Assembly (NCBI GenBank): GCA_964106645.2
Contig: OZ067041.1
Strand: one strand, 5' to 3'
DNA length: 64,000 nt
Source of the DNA: Podarcis pityusensis
Taxonomy: Eukaryota
Each line of letters starts with the position of its first letter. Position 1 is the first letter of the stretch. The notes beneath the pieces were generated by a model, which was not told the origin of the DNA, ran no database searches, and saw only the letters and a program-made list of their open reading frames with translations. Shown here piece after piece: positions 63,475 to 64,000 of this stretch. Both the position numbers and the translations under genes were made by a program.

Positions 63475-64000
63475 AAAAGCACCCTTTTTTTAGTTCAGTT
63501 TAAAATTAAACAAGTGGCAGTTGTTTGTACTAACAAACTGCCCACTCACAGATGATTTGGTACTGTTTCTGCAAGCCAGAAATGGAAGGAAATGTATGAA
63601 ACAACTTTTCCCAGATTTTTATTTTTTAATTGAATTATATTGCTCATGTCGGTGCTGTTTGGACCAGCAGAGAAAAGCCTGGGTACCAGACTGACAGATT
63701 CCATCATGGCTGGCATTGGGGTGGGCAGGGAACACTATCTGGGAGAGCCTTTTAAGTTTTCCCCATTTTGACAAGACAGACCTTGTTCATAGTATGTGGC
63801 TGAAGCACTTAGTAATCCTAAAAGTCATATGGCTGGACTTCTTTCTTTAGCTTGGACAGCCAGTTCATTAGATTCCTGCGATCCACTTTAACCTGGTTAG
63901 CAAAGGCCTGCTACACGAACAGCTTCATGCTGTATCCTAGCTACCAACTCCTCAGGTCAGGTATGTGAAGAGTGCAGATTACTGTGGGCTTTCCGGCAGA

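Noticed and set aside
1-64000. CRISPR array or prokaryotic/viral system
   Set aside because: The palindromic repeats are dispersed and irregularly spaced, not arrayed; the sequence is intron-containing vertebrate DNA with no viral or prokaryotic ORFs.

Overview
A vertebrate genomic window from a squamate, most likely a lacertid lizard (Sauria SINE with (ACCTTT)n tail, Squam-type SINEs, lizard mariner/hAT MITEs). It contains the BCOR (BCL6 corepressor) locus on the + strand. A ~30 kb CpG-rich promoter/5' regulatory domain is followed by coding exons homologous to human exons 2, 3, 4, 6, 7, 8 and 9, all with GT-AG boundaries, compatible phases and an open frame; exon 5 probably lies in a 148-N gap. 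The main anomaly is at the 3' end. The exon 10 homologue has two frameshifts and a GC donor. The exon 11 homologue (ankyrin repeat) has several non-conservative changes and breaks off after ~24 codons into unrelated sequence, and no later exons are recognisable in the remaining 2.7 kb. The predicted product (~1,400 aa) keeps the BCL6-, CtBP- and AF9-binding motifs but loses the ankyrin repeats and the PCGF1-binding PUFD domain. This could be a PRC1.1-uncoupled BCOR, a decaying partial duplicate, or a misassembly. Comparisons to human BCOR are from recalled sequence, not a run alignment.
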